DNA of 59,820 nucleotides from Flavobacterium sp. (GCA_024644805.1 JAHEHC010000001.1:1-59820), one strand, 5' to 3'; counted from the stretch's first letter, positions 49,026-59,143 are shown. The notes: generated by a model not told the origin, from the letters alone. Program-made: numbers and translations.

Positions 49026-49334
49026 ATGGAAACAGTAATTGCAGGATTTAAATTAAATGTAACCGAAGAAGGTTATCTAACCGATTTCTCACAATGGTCT
49101 AAAGAGATCGCTATCGATCTTGCCAAAGAGAACGGAATCGAATTAACAGACAAACATTGGGAGGTGATAGCATATCTTCAGGAAAAACACAACAACAATG
49201 AACCGCTTTCTATTCGCGGAATCAAAAAAAGTGGTGTTATCAATATCAAGGAGTTCTATAGCCTTTTCCCAGGTGGACCTTTAAAAAAGTCTACATTGAT
49301 AGCTGGAATTCCCAAACCAAAAAGTTGTATCTAA
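49026..49334 (+). CDS. tusE: TusE/DsrC family sulfur relay protein (single C-terminal Cys)
   Basis: EEGYL, LTDKHW, LFPGGP, AGIPKPKSCI; lacks the second DsrC Cys. Confidence 0.85.
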   Translation: METVIAGFKLNVTEEGYLTDFSQWSKEIAIDLAKENGIELTDKHWEVIAYLQEKHNNNEPLSIRGIKKSGVINIKEFYSLFPGGPLKKSTLIAGIPKPKSCI

Positions 49335-49354
49335 TCGTTTAAACCATATATAAC

Positions 49355-49828
49355 ATGGCAACACAAGTAAAAAAAATGCTTTTCATATTATCGAAAGCAA
49401 CAATCGAAAATGTATATGCAGCATTCATCATGGCCAACGGAGCAAGAATGGAAGGCATTGAAGCCGAGATATTCTTCACTTTCTTTGGCTTAGAAGCAAT
49501 ACAGAAAAAGAAATTGGAACACCTTCATGTAGCAACTGTCGGAAATCCGGCTATGCACATTCCTACGATGTTAGGCGGATTACCCGGTATGGAAGCATTT
49601 GCTACCAAGATGATGAAGAAAGAAATGGAAAAATTGGACATGCCTCCAGTAGGTGAGTTCTTAGAGATCCTTTCCGATTCTGGAGCTAAGCTTTGGGGTT
49701 GTAAATTGGCTATCGATATGTTCCATTTGGAAAGAGAAGATCTGATCGATGAATTGGACGGCGTATTGACAATAGGTGATTTCTACAACAGAGCGAATTC
49801 TGAAGGAACTCACTTATTGTTCATTTAA
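49355..49828 (+). CDS. DsrE2-type (DsrE/DsrF/DrsH-like) sulfurtransferase
   Basis: IFFTFFGL, LWGCKLAIDMF, EDLID. Confidence 0.85.
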   Translation: MATQVKKMLFILSKATIENVYAAFIMANGARMEGIEAEIFFTFFGLEAIQKKKLEHLHVATVGNPAMHIPTMLGGLPGMEAFATKMMKKEMEKLDMPPVGEFLEILSDSGAKLWGCKLAIDMFHLEREDLIDELDGVLTIGDFYNRANSEGTHLLFI

Positions 49829-49847
49829 AAATGAATTTGATTAAGTA

Positions 49848-49991
49848 ATGTTAAGCATGATAGAGCAAATTATACCGCTATTTAATTATGAAAACGGTGT
49901 CGTCATGATTGCCGTTGTGGGATTGGTTTTTATCCTATTGGCAGTAATGCTGATCGTTTTTATGAATAGTGGAAAGAAAAAGAAAAATTAG
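49848..49991 (+). CDS. 47-aa single-pass membrane protein (not in ORF track)
   Basis: MLSMIEQIIPLFNYENGVVMIAVVGLVFILLAVMLIVFMNSGKKKKN; fills the gap between dsrE2 and the terminator. Confidence 0.75.
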   Translation: MLSMIEQIIPLFNYENGVVMIAVVGLVFILLAVMLIVFMNSGKKKKN

Positions 49992-50014
49992 TTACTACAT
50001 CATTGCTGATCAAT

Positions 50015-50046
50015 AAAAAAGAGGGTTTAATAACCCTCTTTTTTTT
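50015..50046. terminator. bidirectional rho-independent terminator
   Basis: AAAAAAGAGGGTT-TAAT-AACCCTCTTTTTT between convergent units. Confidence 0.9.
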
Positions 50047-50064
50047 ATTTAACTAGTTGTGTGA

Positions 50065-52170
50065 CTAGAACTTGTATTGAACAAATGCGGTGAAGTTTCT
50101 TCCAGGCTCTTTAATGGGTTCTCCATTGAATTCATCCTGATTTTTATAGGAAAAATTCAAATGATTGTAATATGCTCTGTCAAAAACGTTCATGGCCGCC
50201 AATCCAACAGTCAATTTATTGAACAGCAATCCCCCTACTTTAACATCCAATGTCTCATAGCCCTTGGTTTTGGTCTCTCCAAAACTTTTAGCAATATCAT
50301 CCTGACTCCCAACCAGATTGCATTGCATATTGGCCCAAAACGTTTTTGACTCATAACCAAAAACAAATTTGCTAGTAAATGGCGGGGTAAGAGGTATGGA
50401 TTCATTCAGATCTTCATTCTTGGCATAGACATAGGCTATTTCAGATCGCAGGTAATAACGATCATTGAAGTCGACCCGCGCTCCAATTTCAAATCCGTTC
50501 TTATACGCCTTATCGATGTTTCCAAATACCTTTGGATGTCTAGGTTCCATCATAGGATTGAATTTTCGCATCAGACTTTCATCGATCTGGGCAACGATCA
50601 GATTGTTGAAATAGGAATAGTAGAATGAGGCATCGTAACTGAATTGGCTCCCTTCTATTGTTTCCATGGTCTTTCCTCTAAATCCTATTTCAAATTGATT
50701 GTTCACCTCGGCCTTTAGGTCAGGATTCCCGATGTATTCATACGGATCCTGGCCTACATTAAAATGATTGATATAACGTTCGGTCATATTTGCAGAGCGG
50801 ACCCCTCTTCCATAGGCAGCTTCAAAGATAAATTGCTCAGAGAGAACATTTCTAACCGATAAGGTCCAGCTTATATTATCCTCTGTTCTTTTTTCAAGAT
50901 CGTACATTTCAGCAAAATCGTCTTCCGGATCCTTGATGTCTGTAGATATCCTGTCATAACGTATTCCGGCATTGAAAACCGTTTTACTATTCACATACCA
51001 TTTGATCTCATTGAAGGCTCCTATGTCGGTAATGTAGGAGTCCTGCCAGATCTTATCGGTAAATTCCATAGGCATGGGTAAAGGGTCTCCATCCATATTC
51101 AATTTTACAAGACGATTTCTTACACCGTCTCTTGCAATATGGTTCCCATCCAATCCGGTAAAGAAACTTAAGTTCTTTATTGGATCCCACTCCATTTCAA
51201 CTTTACCTCCCAGGGTAGTCGACTCCACTGGTGAGGAAGCCTCCATTTTCATATATGACGGCCTGTTGAAATTGTGCATCAAATGGTCCACATAACTGTA
51301 GTAGATATTTGCTTTCACCTTGTTGACCATTCCTTCTGAAAAAGAAACCCTATAGTTCAACGACACAATGCTGCTATTATCATAATCGGTGTCCATCGGT
51401 AATCCTGCATGTAAAACATCCCTACCAAAAGATTGTCTCCAATGCAATTTTATCCGTTGGGCTTCAGAGATATTGTATCCGGCCTTAATCCCATAATCGG
51501 TGCTTTTGAATGAGGAGGGGACCTCAAATCCATCACCATCTTCATAGTTCCCAAAATTTCGGTATCCAAAATTTCCAACCAGATCGTATTTATCGGTGAT
51601 CTGTTGAAGTTGCAACATGGTCACATAGGAATTTCCATTGGTCTCATAGCCCCCAGACAACTTTCCGTGAAAACCCCTCTCATTTCGATCTGGATTGTTG
51701 GTCACCATATTCACGATGCCACCAAAGGTAGGGCCATATCGTACCGAATAAGGACCCTTTATGATCTCTATTCTAGATATTTCTTCAGGAACGACGTGGG
51801 TTGTAATTGGATCCATCCGATTTGCACAGGCATGTACCGCTTTTACAACTCCATCGTACATCACATTGAGTTGCTCATATTGAGCCGCTCTGAAAGTAGG
51901 ATCTATGGCATAGTTCCCTCTCTTAATGGTTGAAAAACCATTTATATTATCGAACAGATCGGCTACATTCTTGGGTTGAATGACCTCTCGTTCAAAATAA
52001 TTGTTCACTGTCGTTAATATGGGATCCTTCTTTGAGTTCCCAATTACGATCACTTCATCGATCTCAACGATCTTTTCCTGTATCGTGTCCTTTTCTTTCT
52101 CACCTACTTCCTGAGAAAAGGACAACATATAAATCAATGTGCACAACAGCACACTTAATATTTTTTTCAT
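50065..52170 (-). CDS. TonB-dependent receptor, OprC-like (probable copper uptake)
   Basis: Signal peptide, DEVIV TonB box, plug ACANRMDP (CxxxM), VDHLMHN, Met-rich loops, EPGRNF...F end. Confidence 0.85.
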   Translation of the reverse strand: MKKILSVLLCTLIYMLSFSQEVGEKEKDTIQEKIVEIDEVIVIGNSKKDPILTTVNNYFEREVIQPKNVADLFDNINGFSTIKRGNYAIDPTFRAAQYEQLNVMYDGVVKAVHACANRMDPITTHVVPEEISRIEIIKGPYSVRYGPTFGGIVNMVTNNPDRNERGFHGKLSGGYETNGNSYVTMLQLQQITDKYDLVGNFGYRNFGNYEDGDGFEVPSSFKSTDYGIKAGYNISEAQRIKLHWRQSFGRDVLHAGLPMDTDYDNSSIVSLNYRVSFSEGMVNKVKANIYYSYVDHLMHNFNRPSYMKMEASSPVESTTLGGKVEMEWDPIKNLSFFTGLDGNHIARDGVRNRLVKLNMDGDPLPMPMEFTDKIWQDSYITDIGAFNEIKWYVNSKTVFNAGIRYDRISTDIKDPEDDFAEMYDLEKRTEDNISWTLSVRNVLSEQFIFEAAYGRGVRSANMTERYINHFNVGQDPYEYIGNPDLKAEVNNQFEIGFRGKTMETIEGSQFSYDASFYYSYFNNLIVAQIDESLMRKFNPMMEPRHPKVFGNIDKAYKNGFEIGARVDFNDRYYLRSEIAYVYAKNEDLNESIPLTPPFTSKFVFGYESKTFWANMQCNLVGSQDDIAKSFGETKTKGYETLDVKVGGLLFNKLTVGLAAMNVFDRAYYNHLNFSYKNQDEFNGEPIKEPGRNFTAFVQYKF

Positions 52171-52312
52171 CTTTATTTTATTGTATGTTTTGAATTATAA
52201 GACCCGCTTATAATTGATAATAATTAAATCCCAAATTGTCGAAACCTCATCATGCTAACGCATTTTGAATTGGCAACAATCGAAAATTTCTAAAATGGAC
52301 AGGTATGAAAAA

Positions 52313-52687
52313 TTATATTTGAGGAGGGTGGAACAGAGTATAGGCCTCGGTATAAGTGTAGTGCGTTAAATAATTATCAAAAATGGAGCGTTTTTCAACA
52401 ATTCTTATTGGTGTTTTCCCTCCAGGGTCCTGGAAGAATAGGACTAATTCTTTTTCCAAAATTACAGGAATGGGGTTCTCATTATTCTCTGTTTCGGTCT
52501 GGGTCACTTTATTGAGATGGCATTTCCCATTACATTCCAGTTCGGGTTCATCTTTATTCTCACAGAGTAGTGCGATAAAGCCTGATTGGTCCATATAGTA
52601 ATAGGCATAGGTTAGCGGAATATGAAGCACATTCAGGAGTAGGATTCCGGATAATGAAATTGCAATAAATGAACTTATCAGTTTCAT
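52313..52687 (-). CDS. Cys-rich exported/membrane small protein ending in FHPP (DUF2946/CruR-analogous uORF candidate)
   Basis: N-terminal hydrophobic segment, LCENKDEPELECNGKCHL, C-terminal LFHPPQI; ATG 52687 preferred over TTG 52696. Confidence 0.7.
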   Translation of the reverse strand: MKLISSFIAISLSGILLLNVLHIPLTYAYYYMDQSGFIALLCENKDEPELECNGKCHLNKVTQTETENNENPIPVILEKELVLFFQDPGGKTPIRIVEKRSIFDNYLTHYTYTEAYTLFHPPQI

Positions 52688-52723
52688 CAGGATCAAAAAT
52701 ACAATAACCGCTTTGTTGAAAGT

Positions 52724-52737
52724 CTGATATAAATCAT
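52724..52737. promoter_or_regulatory. putative FNR-like box cTGAT-ATAA-ATCAt
   Basis: 22 bp upstream of minus-strand TATTTTTG (52701-52694). Confidence 0.6.
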
Positions 52738-52779
52738 GTTCAGGAAAAAACTGGAGATCTTTTAAAGAAAAATGATGAT

Positions 52780-54009
52780 TTACATCCTATAGATCCAATC
52801 TGCAGGGTTCATCCTGTTGGTGTTCTTGTAAATAAGGAATTTCAGGATCGTTTTCCCTGAAGTAGGGTGGGTAAATATTGAACCCAATTCTTGTTTGGTG
52901 GTTACCTTATCCCCTTTTTTTACCAGTATATTGGTTAAGTTATTATACACCGTAATGTAGTTCCCGTGCTGAATGTAGATCGCTTTATTGGCCCCTTTGA
53001 GTTGTTGTATTTCCATCACCTCTCCTGCAAAGATCGCTCTTGCTGTTGTGTTCGCATTGGTTGCGATCTCTACACCGCTATTAAACGTAGTGACATTTGG
53101 AAGTTGGGGGTGTCGTTGCTTACCATATCGTTTGATCACGACCCCATTCATCACCGGCCAGGGTAATTTACCTTTATTGCTGGTAAAGTCGGCAGCAAGG
53201 GCCTTTGCTTCTTCTGTAAGAGCAAATGTGTTGGCAGATGCATTGGATTTTGTTGCTGTTGATGATTTATTGGATTCGGCAATTGCGGCCTTGATCAATG
53301 CTTCGATCTGTTTGTCGATCCTATCGGCTTCACGTTGTTTTGCTCGAATCTGCTTCGTGAATTTTCCTTCGTCCTGCTTCAAAGATGCCATAAGAGATTC
53401 CTGTGTCTTCTTTTCTCTCAACAAATTTTCTTTTGCCTTCTTATTATCTTCTATCAAGCTATTCTTGGCCTTTTTCTGAGCGATCAGATCGGTATTCAAC
53501 TGCTGTAATAATTCGGTTTTTTCCTTGATGCTTTCCCCTTGTTTCTTTCGGTGTTTGGAATACTGTTTCATGTACTGCATTCGCTTATAAGCCTGTAAGA
53601 AGTTCTCAGACGATAATAGGAACATGATCCTGTTTTGAAGCGATTTGCTTTTATAGGATTTGTTGATCATTCTGGCATAATCTTCCTTCAGCACTTTCAA
53701 CTCATCCCGAAGCTGGTCGATTTTAAACAAATTGTCGTTAATCTCACGGGTGAGCAGGTTGGCTTGCTGATTGGTGATCCTGATCAGATTTTCACGAGCT
53801 GAAACTCTGGTGTTCAGGTCTTCAACCTGGGTCAATATCGATTTCTCTTCTTTTTGAGTTTCAAAAAGAAGGGTGTTGATCTGCTTGATCTCATTGAGGA
53901 TCAATTTTCGTTTTTCCTCGAGTTCCTTCTGCTTGTTCCCTTGTGCAAAAACAGAGCCTATAAAACAAGACATGACGAATGCCAAAAGATATGTTCGGTA
54001 TGATCTCAT
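52780..54009 (-). CDS. envC: murein hydrolase activator EnvC family (coiled coil + degenerate M23)
   Basis: Long coiled coil; NKGKLPWPV, HGNYITVY. Confidence 0.88.
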   Translation of the reverse strand: MRSYRTYLLAFVMSCFIGSVFAQGNKQKELEEKRKLILNEIKQINTLLFETQKEEKSILTQVEDLNTRVSARENLIRITNQQANLLTREINDNLFKIDQLRDELKVLKEDYARMINKSYKSKSLQNRIMFLLSSENFLQAYKRMQYMKQYSKHRKKQGESIKEKTELLQQLNTDLIAQKKAKNSLIEDNKKAKENLLREKKTQESLMASLKQDEGKFTKQIRAKQREADRIDKQIEALIKAAIAESNKSSTATKSNASANTFALTEEAKALAADFTSNKGKLPWPVMNGVVIKRYGKQRHPQLPNVTTFNSGVEIATNANTTARAIFAGEVMEIQQLKGANKAIYIQHGNYITVYNNLTNILVKKGDKVTTKQELGSIFTHPTSGKTILKFLIYKNTNRMNPADWIYRM

Positions 54010-54789
54010 TTAGTTCAGCCTTATTTCATCATAACCATCCGGGATATTAAATGGAAATTGAATATCCACATTGATATCGATCTTCTTATAGCTCAGTTCG
54101 ATTCTGGTCTTACTGTCATTTTCAGAAGTATTGATCGTAAATGCTGAAGGGTAAAAAGCCCCATCAATTTTTTGGTGGTCTGCATAACTAACGGTAAACA
54201 TCCTTCCATTGTCTGGTTGAGACAGGTTTGCAAATGCCACTTTGAAATTGTCGGGATTCAGCAATAGGGAATGAATGAAATTCTGAGGTTGTAATCGGGG
54301 TTGTACTTTATATTTATTCTGAGCCACAATAGAATTGTAATCGGAGGTGTTTAGTTGAAATATGGATTGGCCCAAAAGAATATCCTGTGCCTTTTTAAAA
54401 TCAAGATCTGCCCCCAGCCAATGGCTGATCAATGCAAAATCACCATCGAAGTAGGTGCCCGATAATTTCTCATAATACCTTACTCTGTCTGGAGTGATCA
54501 TTGCCTTTGCTAATGTGATACCCAACATGGACGCTTTGATCCAGATAATCTTGTCTTTCTCCATTCTCAGACTAACCGTGATGTGCTGAGTGGTCTTCTC
54601 GTCCTCAAATACCAGATTGGCCCGGGCTGCCAAGGTCTTGAATCCAGGGGAGGCCGCCTTATGTATTTTTATGATCTCTTTGATCGTGAGGGTGCTGCTG
54701 GCCAAATTAGTTCCAATAGGGGTTTTATTTCCCCCACATGAAGCAAATATGACTAAAGACAATATGATACATCTCTTTCTTATCCCCAT
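54010..54789 (-). CDS. DUF4292-like lipoprotein
   Basis: FASC lipobox; RMEKDKIIWI, FPFNIPDGY; typical position before envC. Confidence 0.75.
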   Translation of the reverse strand: MGIRKRCIILSLVIFASCGGNKTPIGTNLASSTLTIKEIIKIHKAASPGFKTLAARANLVFEDEKTTQHITVSLRMEKDKIIWIKASMLGITLAKAMITPDRVRYYEKLSGTYFDGDFALISHWLGADLDFKKAQDILLGQSIFQLNTSDYNSIVAQNKYKVQPRLQPQNFIHSLLLNPDNFKVAFANLSQPDNGRMFTVSYADHQKIDGAFYPSAFTINTSENDSKTRIELSYKKIDINVDIQFPFNIPDGYDEIRLN

Positions 54790-56160
54790 TTATTCAGGTA
54801 TTTTAATCTCTGCTGCCATCTTGGAATACTGTTCGGCCTTTTTTATGTCATTCTTCTTCGTATAGGCAATACTCAATTGTAAGTAGAAATCGCGTTCCAT
54901 TTTAGGGTCATCGAACAGGTAGTCCAATCCGCTTTCCAAACTTTCTATTGCTATATCTGTCCTATTTAAGTTTATATTGGACACCCCATGCAATAAATAC
55001 AACAAGGGTTGTGCCGGAAATATCTCCAAGGCATTCATGCTCAGTGTTGAGGCATCATCATATTTTTTGAGATCCATCTGCAACAATAAGGTGTTCTTGA
55101 TCAGACTGTAGTTGTCCTCATCGCCTGTTAACCCATTCTCTAAAAAACTGAGTGCTTTTTCTCGATCACCCAGTGCCAGATAGTATTTTCCGATCATTTC
55201 AAAGATCTTGGGCTCCTGATTATCGGGAAATGTGCTTATGATGGTGGTCAGATCGTCTGCATATTGTTGGTGTTTCTGAATAAACCCCAGATAATCCTCC
55301 AATACCTTGATCTTACTTTTATCATCGATTTGCTTTGAAGCAAATACCTTCTGCATCGATTGAAAGGCGTCTTGTGTACTCCCTTCCTCCAGATAGAATT
55401 TATACAAAGCCAGATGGACCAATTCCGATTCCGGGAATTTATTCAACAGTTCTTTGGCCGTCTCAAATGCTTTTTTCGGATCCCCTTGTTCGCTATACAA
55501 ATAGATCAGATTCAGGTATTCCTTTTCCTTTTTTGGATTGCTGTTTATCTTATCGACCAGTTTCTCAAGATCCCGCGATGAGTTTCCCATCTCTCTGTAG
55601 ATGCGGGAGCGAAGACTGTCCCTGTAATTACTTTCTCCCCAGAGTTCGTCCAATTCGTCCAACATCTCAATAGCCTTGTCATACTGTTTGGTTCGACCGT
55701 ATAGATTCGCAAGATCCTCTTTATAATCTTCGTCAAAGGGGATCAGCTTCAGTACCAAAGGAAGTGCAGCTGTATAGTCTCTTTTCAAGTAGTAAAGATC
55801 ATAGAGCGACTCCATGACATCAACTCGATCATCATCCCATTCGAGGACTTTATTATAATTGTCTTCTGCCATATCGTAATCCTTCAGCTTAACATAATTC
55901 TTCCCCATCTCAAAATGGATGACCGCACTGTTCTCAGGATCATCTTTTGCTGCCCTTTCAGCTTTTTTAAGGGCCTTGATCGCCAACTCATAATTCTCTA
56001 TCCCCTTTTGTTTTAAAGCTTCAAAGAAATGTTCCTGAAACGTATCACTCACATTGCCCAGATCATCGGTGGCTTCGTCTTCCTTTTGGGATGAAGCCCG
56101 AAATGATACCAGAAGTAATCCTATCAATAGTAAAAATGTTATCCGTCGTTCTTTATTCAT
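54790..56160 (-). CDS. exported TPR-repeat protein
   Basis: Signal peptide; repeated TPR helical patterns. Confidence 0.85.
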   Translation of the reverse strand: MNKERRITFLLLIGLLLVSFRASSQKEDEATDDLGNVSDTFQEHFFEALKQKGIENYELAIKALKKAERAAKDDPENSAVIHFEMGKNYVKLKDYDMAEDNYNKVLEWDDDRVDVMESLYDLYYLKRDYTAALPLVLKLIPFDEDYKEDLANLYGRTKQYDKAIEMLDELDELWGESNYRDSLRSRIYREMGNSSRDLEKLVDKINSNPKKEKEYLNLIYLYSEQGDPKKAFETAKELLNKFPESELVHLALYKFYLEEGSTQDAFQSMQKVFASKQIDDKSKIKVLEDYLGFIQKHQQYADDLTTIISTFPDNQEPKIFEMIGKYYLALGDREKALSFLENGLTGDEDNYSLIKNTLLLQMDLKKYDDASTLSMNALEIFPAQPLLYLLHGVSNINLNRTDIAIESLESGLDYLFDDPKMERDFYLQLSIAYTKKNDIKKAEQYSKMAAEIKIPE

Positions 56161-57178
56161 TGTAATTCAATGTGCTGTAATCCCCCAAACTGATCTCGTT
56201 GAAATCACCATGAAAAACCACATGATTGCCTATCATAGCATGTTCTAAATTAGCTTTAAATATCTGAGTATGCTCTTGAATTATACTATTTTTAACGTTA
56301 CTATCTTCAATTATTGTGTGATTCCCTATCGATACATAAGGGCCAATAGTGCAATTCGTTAACCTGACATCATCTCCAATGAAGCAGGGTTCGATGATCT
56401 TAGAATTATTCAATGTGACCTTCTTGGATATCAGTTGTTCGCCCCTATCGGCTAAAATTCCAAGCATTTTACTATTGGTCTCAATGGTGACATCCTTATT
56501 ACCACAGTCCATCCATTCTTGCACGGTACCGGTTTTGAACACACTTCCTTTGACCATCATTCTTTTAATACCATCATTGATCTGGTACTCTCCTCCATTT
56601 TGAATATCATGCTCCAGGACATAGTGTAATTCTTTCCTTAAAACGGAAACGTCTTTGAAATAATAGATACCGATCACCGCTTGATTGCCCACGAATTCTT
56701 TTGGTTTTTCTACCAGTTCAACGATCTCATTGTTCTCATTTAGCTGAACTACACCATATGCTTCCGGATTATCAACTTTTTTGGTCCAAATTACACTATC
56801 GGCATCCCGATCCAATTCAAAATCGGCTTTGATCAGCGTGTCTGCATATGCAATGACTGCAGGTCCGGACAAGGAATTTTCAGCACACATAATGGCGTGC
56901 CCGGTTCCTAAGGGATTCAATTGACGATAGATGGTCCCCTTGGCATTCAATTCTTCAGAGAGATTCATAAGACTTTCCACAACATCGTCTCCAAAGAATG
57001 CAGGATCACCCAATATAAATGCGATCTCATCGATATCGGTATCCAGTATATGGACAATTTCAGTGACCAGTCTATGCACAATGGGTTTCCCAGCTACAGG
57101 TATTAAAGGCTTGGGAATGGTCAGGGTATGGGGACGAAGTCGTGAGCCACGTCCTGCCATTGGAACTATAATCTTCAT
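56153..57178 (-). CDS. sugar-phosphate nucleotidyltransferase with C-terminal beta-helix
   Basis: PMAGRGSRLRP, PKPL, GTGHA, WMDCG. Confidence 0.9.
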   Translation of the reverse strand: MKIIVPMAGRGSRLRPHTLTIPKPLIPVAGKPIVHRLVTEIVHILDTDIDEIAFILGDPAFFGDDVVESLMNLSEELNAKGTIYRQLNPLGTGHAIMCAENSLSGPAVIAYADTLIKADFELDRDADSVIWTKKVDNPEAYGVVQLNENNEIVELVEKPKEFVGNQAVIGIYYFKDVSVLRKELHYVLEHDIQNGGEYQINDGIKRMMVKGSVFKTGTVQEWMDCGNKDVTIETNSKMLGILADRGEQLISKKVTLNNSKIIEPCFIGDDVRLTNCTIGPYVSIGNHTIIEDSNVKNSIIQEHTQIFKANLEHAMIGNHVVFHGDFNEISLGDYSTLNYNE

Positions 57179-57207
57179 ATGTTGTTATCTCTGTTTTTTG
57201 TCATAAT

Positions 57208-57642
57208 TTATTTGATCCCGGTGCTTCCAAAACCACCTTCACCTCTTAGAGTCTCCTCCAGGATCTCAACTTCATCCCAATGGATCCTTTCATGCTTTGA
57301 AATGACCATCTGTGCAATTCGCTCTCCATTTTCGATAATAAAATCCTCATTTGATAGATTGATCAAGATCACACCAATCTCTCCGCGATAATCGGCATCG
57401 ATCGTTCCGGGAGCATTTAAAACCGTGATTCCCTTTTTTGCTGCAAGGCCACTTCTGGGACGAATTTGAGCTTCAAATCCTACCGGGAGTTCCATAAAAA
57501 GGCCTGTTTTTATAATGGCTCGTTCCATGGGTTTCAAAAGCATCGGTTCATCAAGATAGGCGCGGAGGTCCATGCCTGCAGAGGCATGACTCTCATAGGA
57601 TGGTAATGTGTGATCCGATCGGTTTATAATTTTGATTTTCAT
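57208..57642 (-). CDS. dut: dUTP diphosphatase
   Basis: [32 protein letters not shown]. Confidence 0.98.
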   Translation of the reverse strand: MKIKIINRSDHTLPSYESHASAGMDLRAYLDEPMLLKPMERAIIKTGLFMELPVGFEAQIRPRSGLAAKKGITVLNAPGTIDADYRGEIGVILINLSNEDFIIENGERIAQMVISKHERIHWDEVEILEETLRGEGGFGSTGIK

Positions 57643-59099
57643 CTTTTAAGAATTAGTTTAAGTTCCTTTTTTTCAAATTGATAGACCAGTACTACAAAGA
57701 GTAACAAGAAGGTGGTGCCTATCCATAGATCCCCTCCGAAAACATAGAATGAAAATACCGAAAATACCACTGAAAGCAATAGATAGGTTCCTATTTTTTT
57801 TAGGTCATAGGGTACTGCATAATACTTTCTTCCCAACAAATAGGAAATCACCATCATACTGCCATAGGCGGCAAGAGTTGCTATTGCAGAACCTGTATAA
57901 CTAATCCATGGGATCAGCAAGAAATTCAACACCAAGGTGATACAGGCTCCTATGCTGGAGATCAATGCGCCAAATCGTGTTCTGTCGGTCACTTTATACC
58001 AGACCGATAAATTGTGATAGATACCCAAACACAAATTGGCCAATAGTATTATCGGAACGATTATCAGGGCCTCCCAAAAGGAACTCTCCGGAATCAATAT
58101 TCGTTTAAAAATATCGATATACACTACCACAAAAAGCAGGATTATACTTCCCAGTATGGTAAAATATTTGGTGATCGTGGCATAGTTCTCTTTGGCATCC
58201 CTGTGTTTGGAGTGGTTAAAAAAGAATGGTTCGATCCCAAGACGGAAAGCGGTGGCAAATAAGGTCAGGAATACGCCTAATTTATAGCACGCTGCATAAA
58301 CCCCCACTTCTGCCTCGGCAATGGATTCCGGTAATAGATATTTCAATAGAATCTTATCGAATGCTTCATTGATCGAAAAGGCAATTCCCGCGATCAGAAC
58401 TGGAAAAGCATATCGGATCATTTGTTTCCAAATTCTCTGGTTGATTCCAAAGCCGATCTTTAGGTATAAGGGAGAAAGCAGCAATAACGTGAATCCGCTG
58501 GCAATAATATTGGCAATGAAAACATAGGCGACCTGATCCTCGGCCAGGTAGATGCTATTCCAGAGTGAATCGGAATTCCCATTAACCAATTCAGGCAACA
58601 GCAAAAAGAAGAATAGATTGAAAGCAAGATTGATACACACATTGATGATCTTGATGATCGCATAACGCATGGGTTTATTATTGGCTCTAAACCAAACAAA
58701 TGGTAAAACGGCCAATGCATCCAATGAAAGGATGATTATCCCATAAACAATGAACTCTCTTTTGAAATCAAGAATACTCGATATTCCCTGACTAAAGAAC
58801 AGGGTCACGATTAAAAAGATCAAGGTTGAAATGGTCAATGAGCTCAATGCGGTAGATTGAACGATCTTCTTTTGGGTTTTTTCCTTATTGATAAATCTGA
58901 AAAAGGCGGTCTCCATCCCATAGGACAGCATTACGTTACCTAAAATAAGAAATGCCATCAATGACGCATATACCCCATACTGTTCCTTTCCAAGAACGAT
59001 TACATACAAAGGAACCAATACTATGGAGAGCGCTCTTGGCAATACCGTGGCCAACCCATAGATAAACGTTTGCTTAAACAGGTTTTTAAAAACGCTCAA
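57639..59099 (-). CDS. oligosaccharide flippase (Wzx/MOP family)
   Basis: ~14 TM helices; [10 protein letters not shown]; TTG start. Confidence 0.85.
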   Translation of the reverse strand: MSVFKNLFKQTFIYGLATVLPRALSIVLVPLYVIVLGKEQYGVYASLMAFLILGNVMLSYGMETAFFRFINKEKTQKKIVQSTALSSLTISTLIFLIVTLFFSQGISSILDFKREFIVYGIIILSLDALAVLPFVWFRANNKPMRYAIIKIINVCINLAFNLFFFLLLPELVNGNSDSLWNSIYLAEDQVAYVFIANIIASGFTLLLLSPLYLKIGFGINQRIWKQMIRYAFPVLIAGIAFSINEAFDKILLKYLLPESIAEAEVGVYAACYKLGVFLTLFATAFRLGIEPFFFNHSKHRDAKENYATITKYFTILGSIILLFVVVYIDIFKRILIPESSFWEALIIVPIILLANLCLGIYHNLSVWYKVTDRTRFGALISSIGACITLVLNFLLIPWISYTGSAIATLAAYGSMMVISYLLGRKYYAVPYDLKKIGTYLLLSVVFSVFSFYVFGGDLWIGTTFLLLFVVLVYQFEKKELKLILKR

Positions 59100-59143
59100 T
59101 GTCTATGGATTTAGTGTTAATGATTCAGGTTCTATTTTAAGAT

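Noticed and set aside
49026-49334. DsrC indicating dissimilatory (reverse) Dsr pathway
   Set aside because: Only one C-terminal Cys and no dsrAB/MK in the window
49982-49995. GAAAA-ATTA-GTTAC half-site
   Set aside because: Only one half-site, at a gene end just before a terminator
31100-52780. Island as a mobile element
   Set aside because: No integrase, transposase, tRNA target or flanking direct repeats seen
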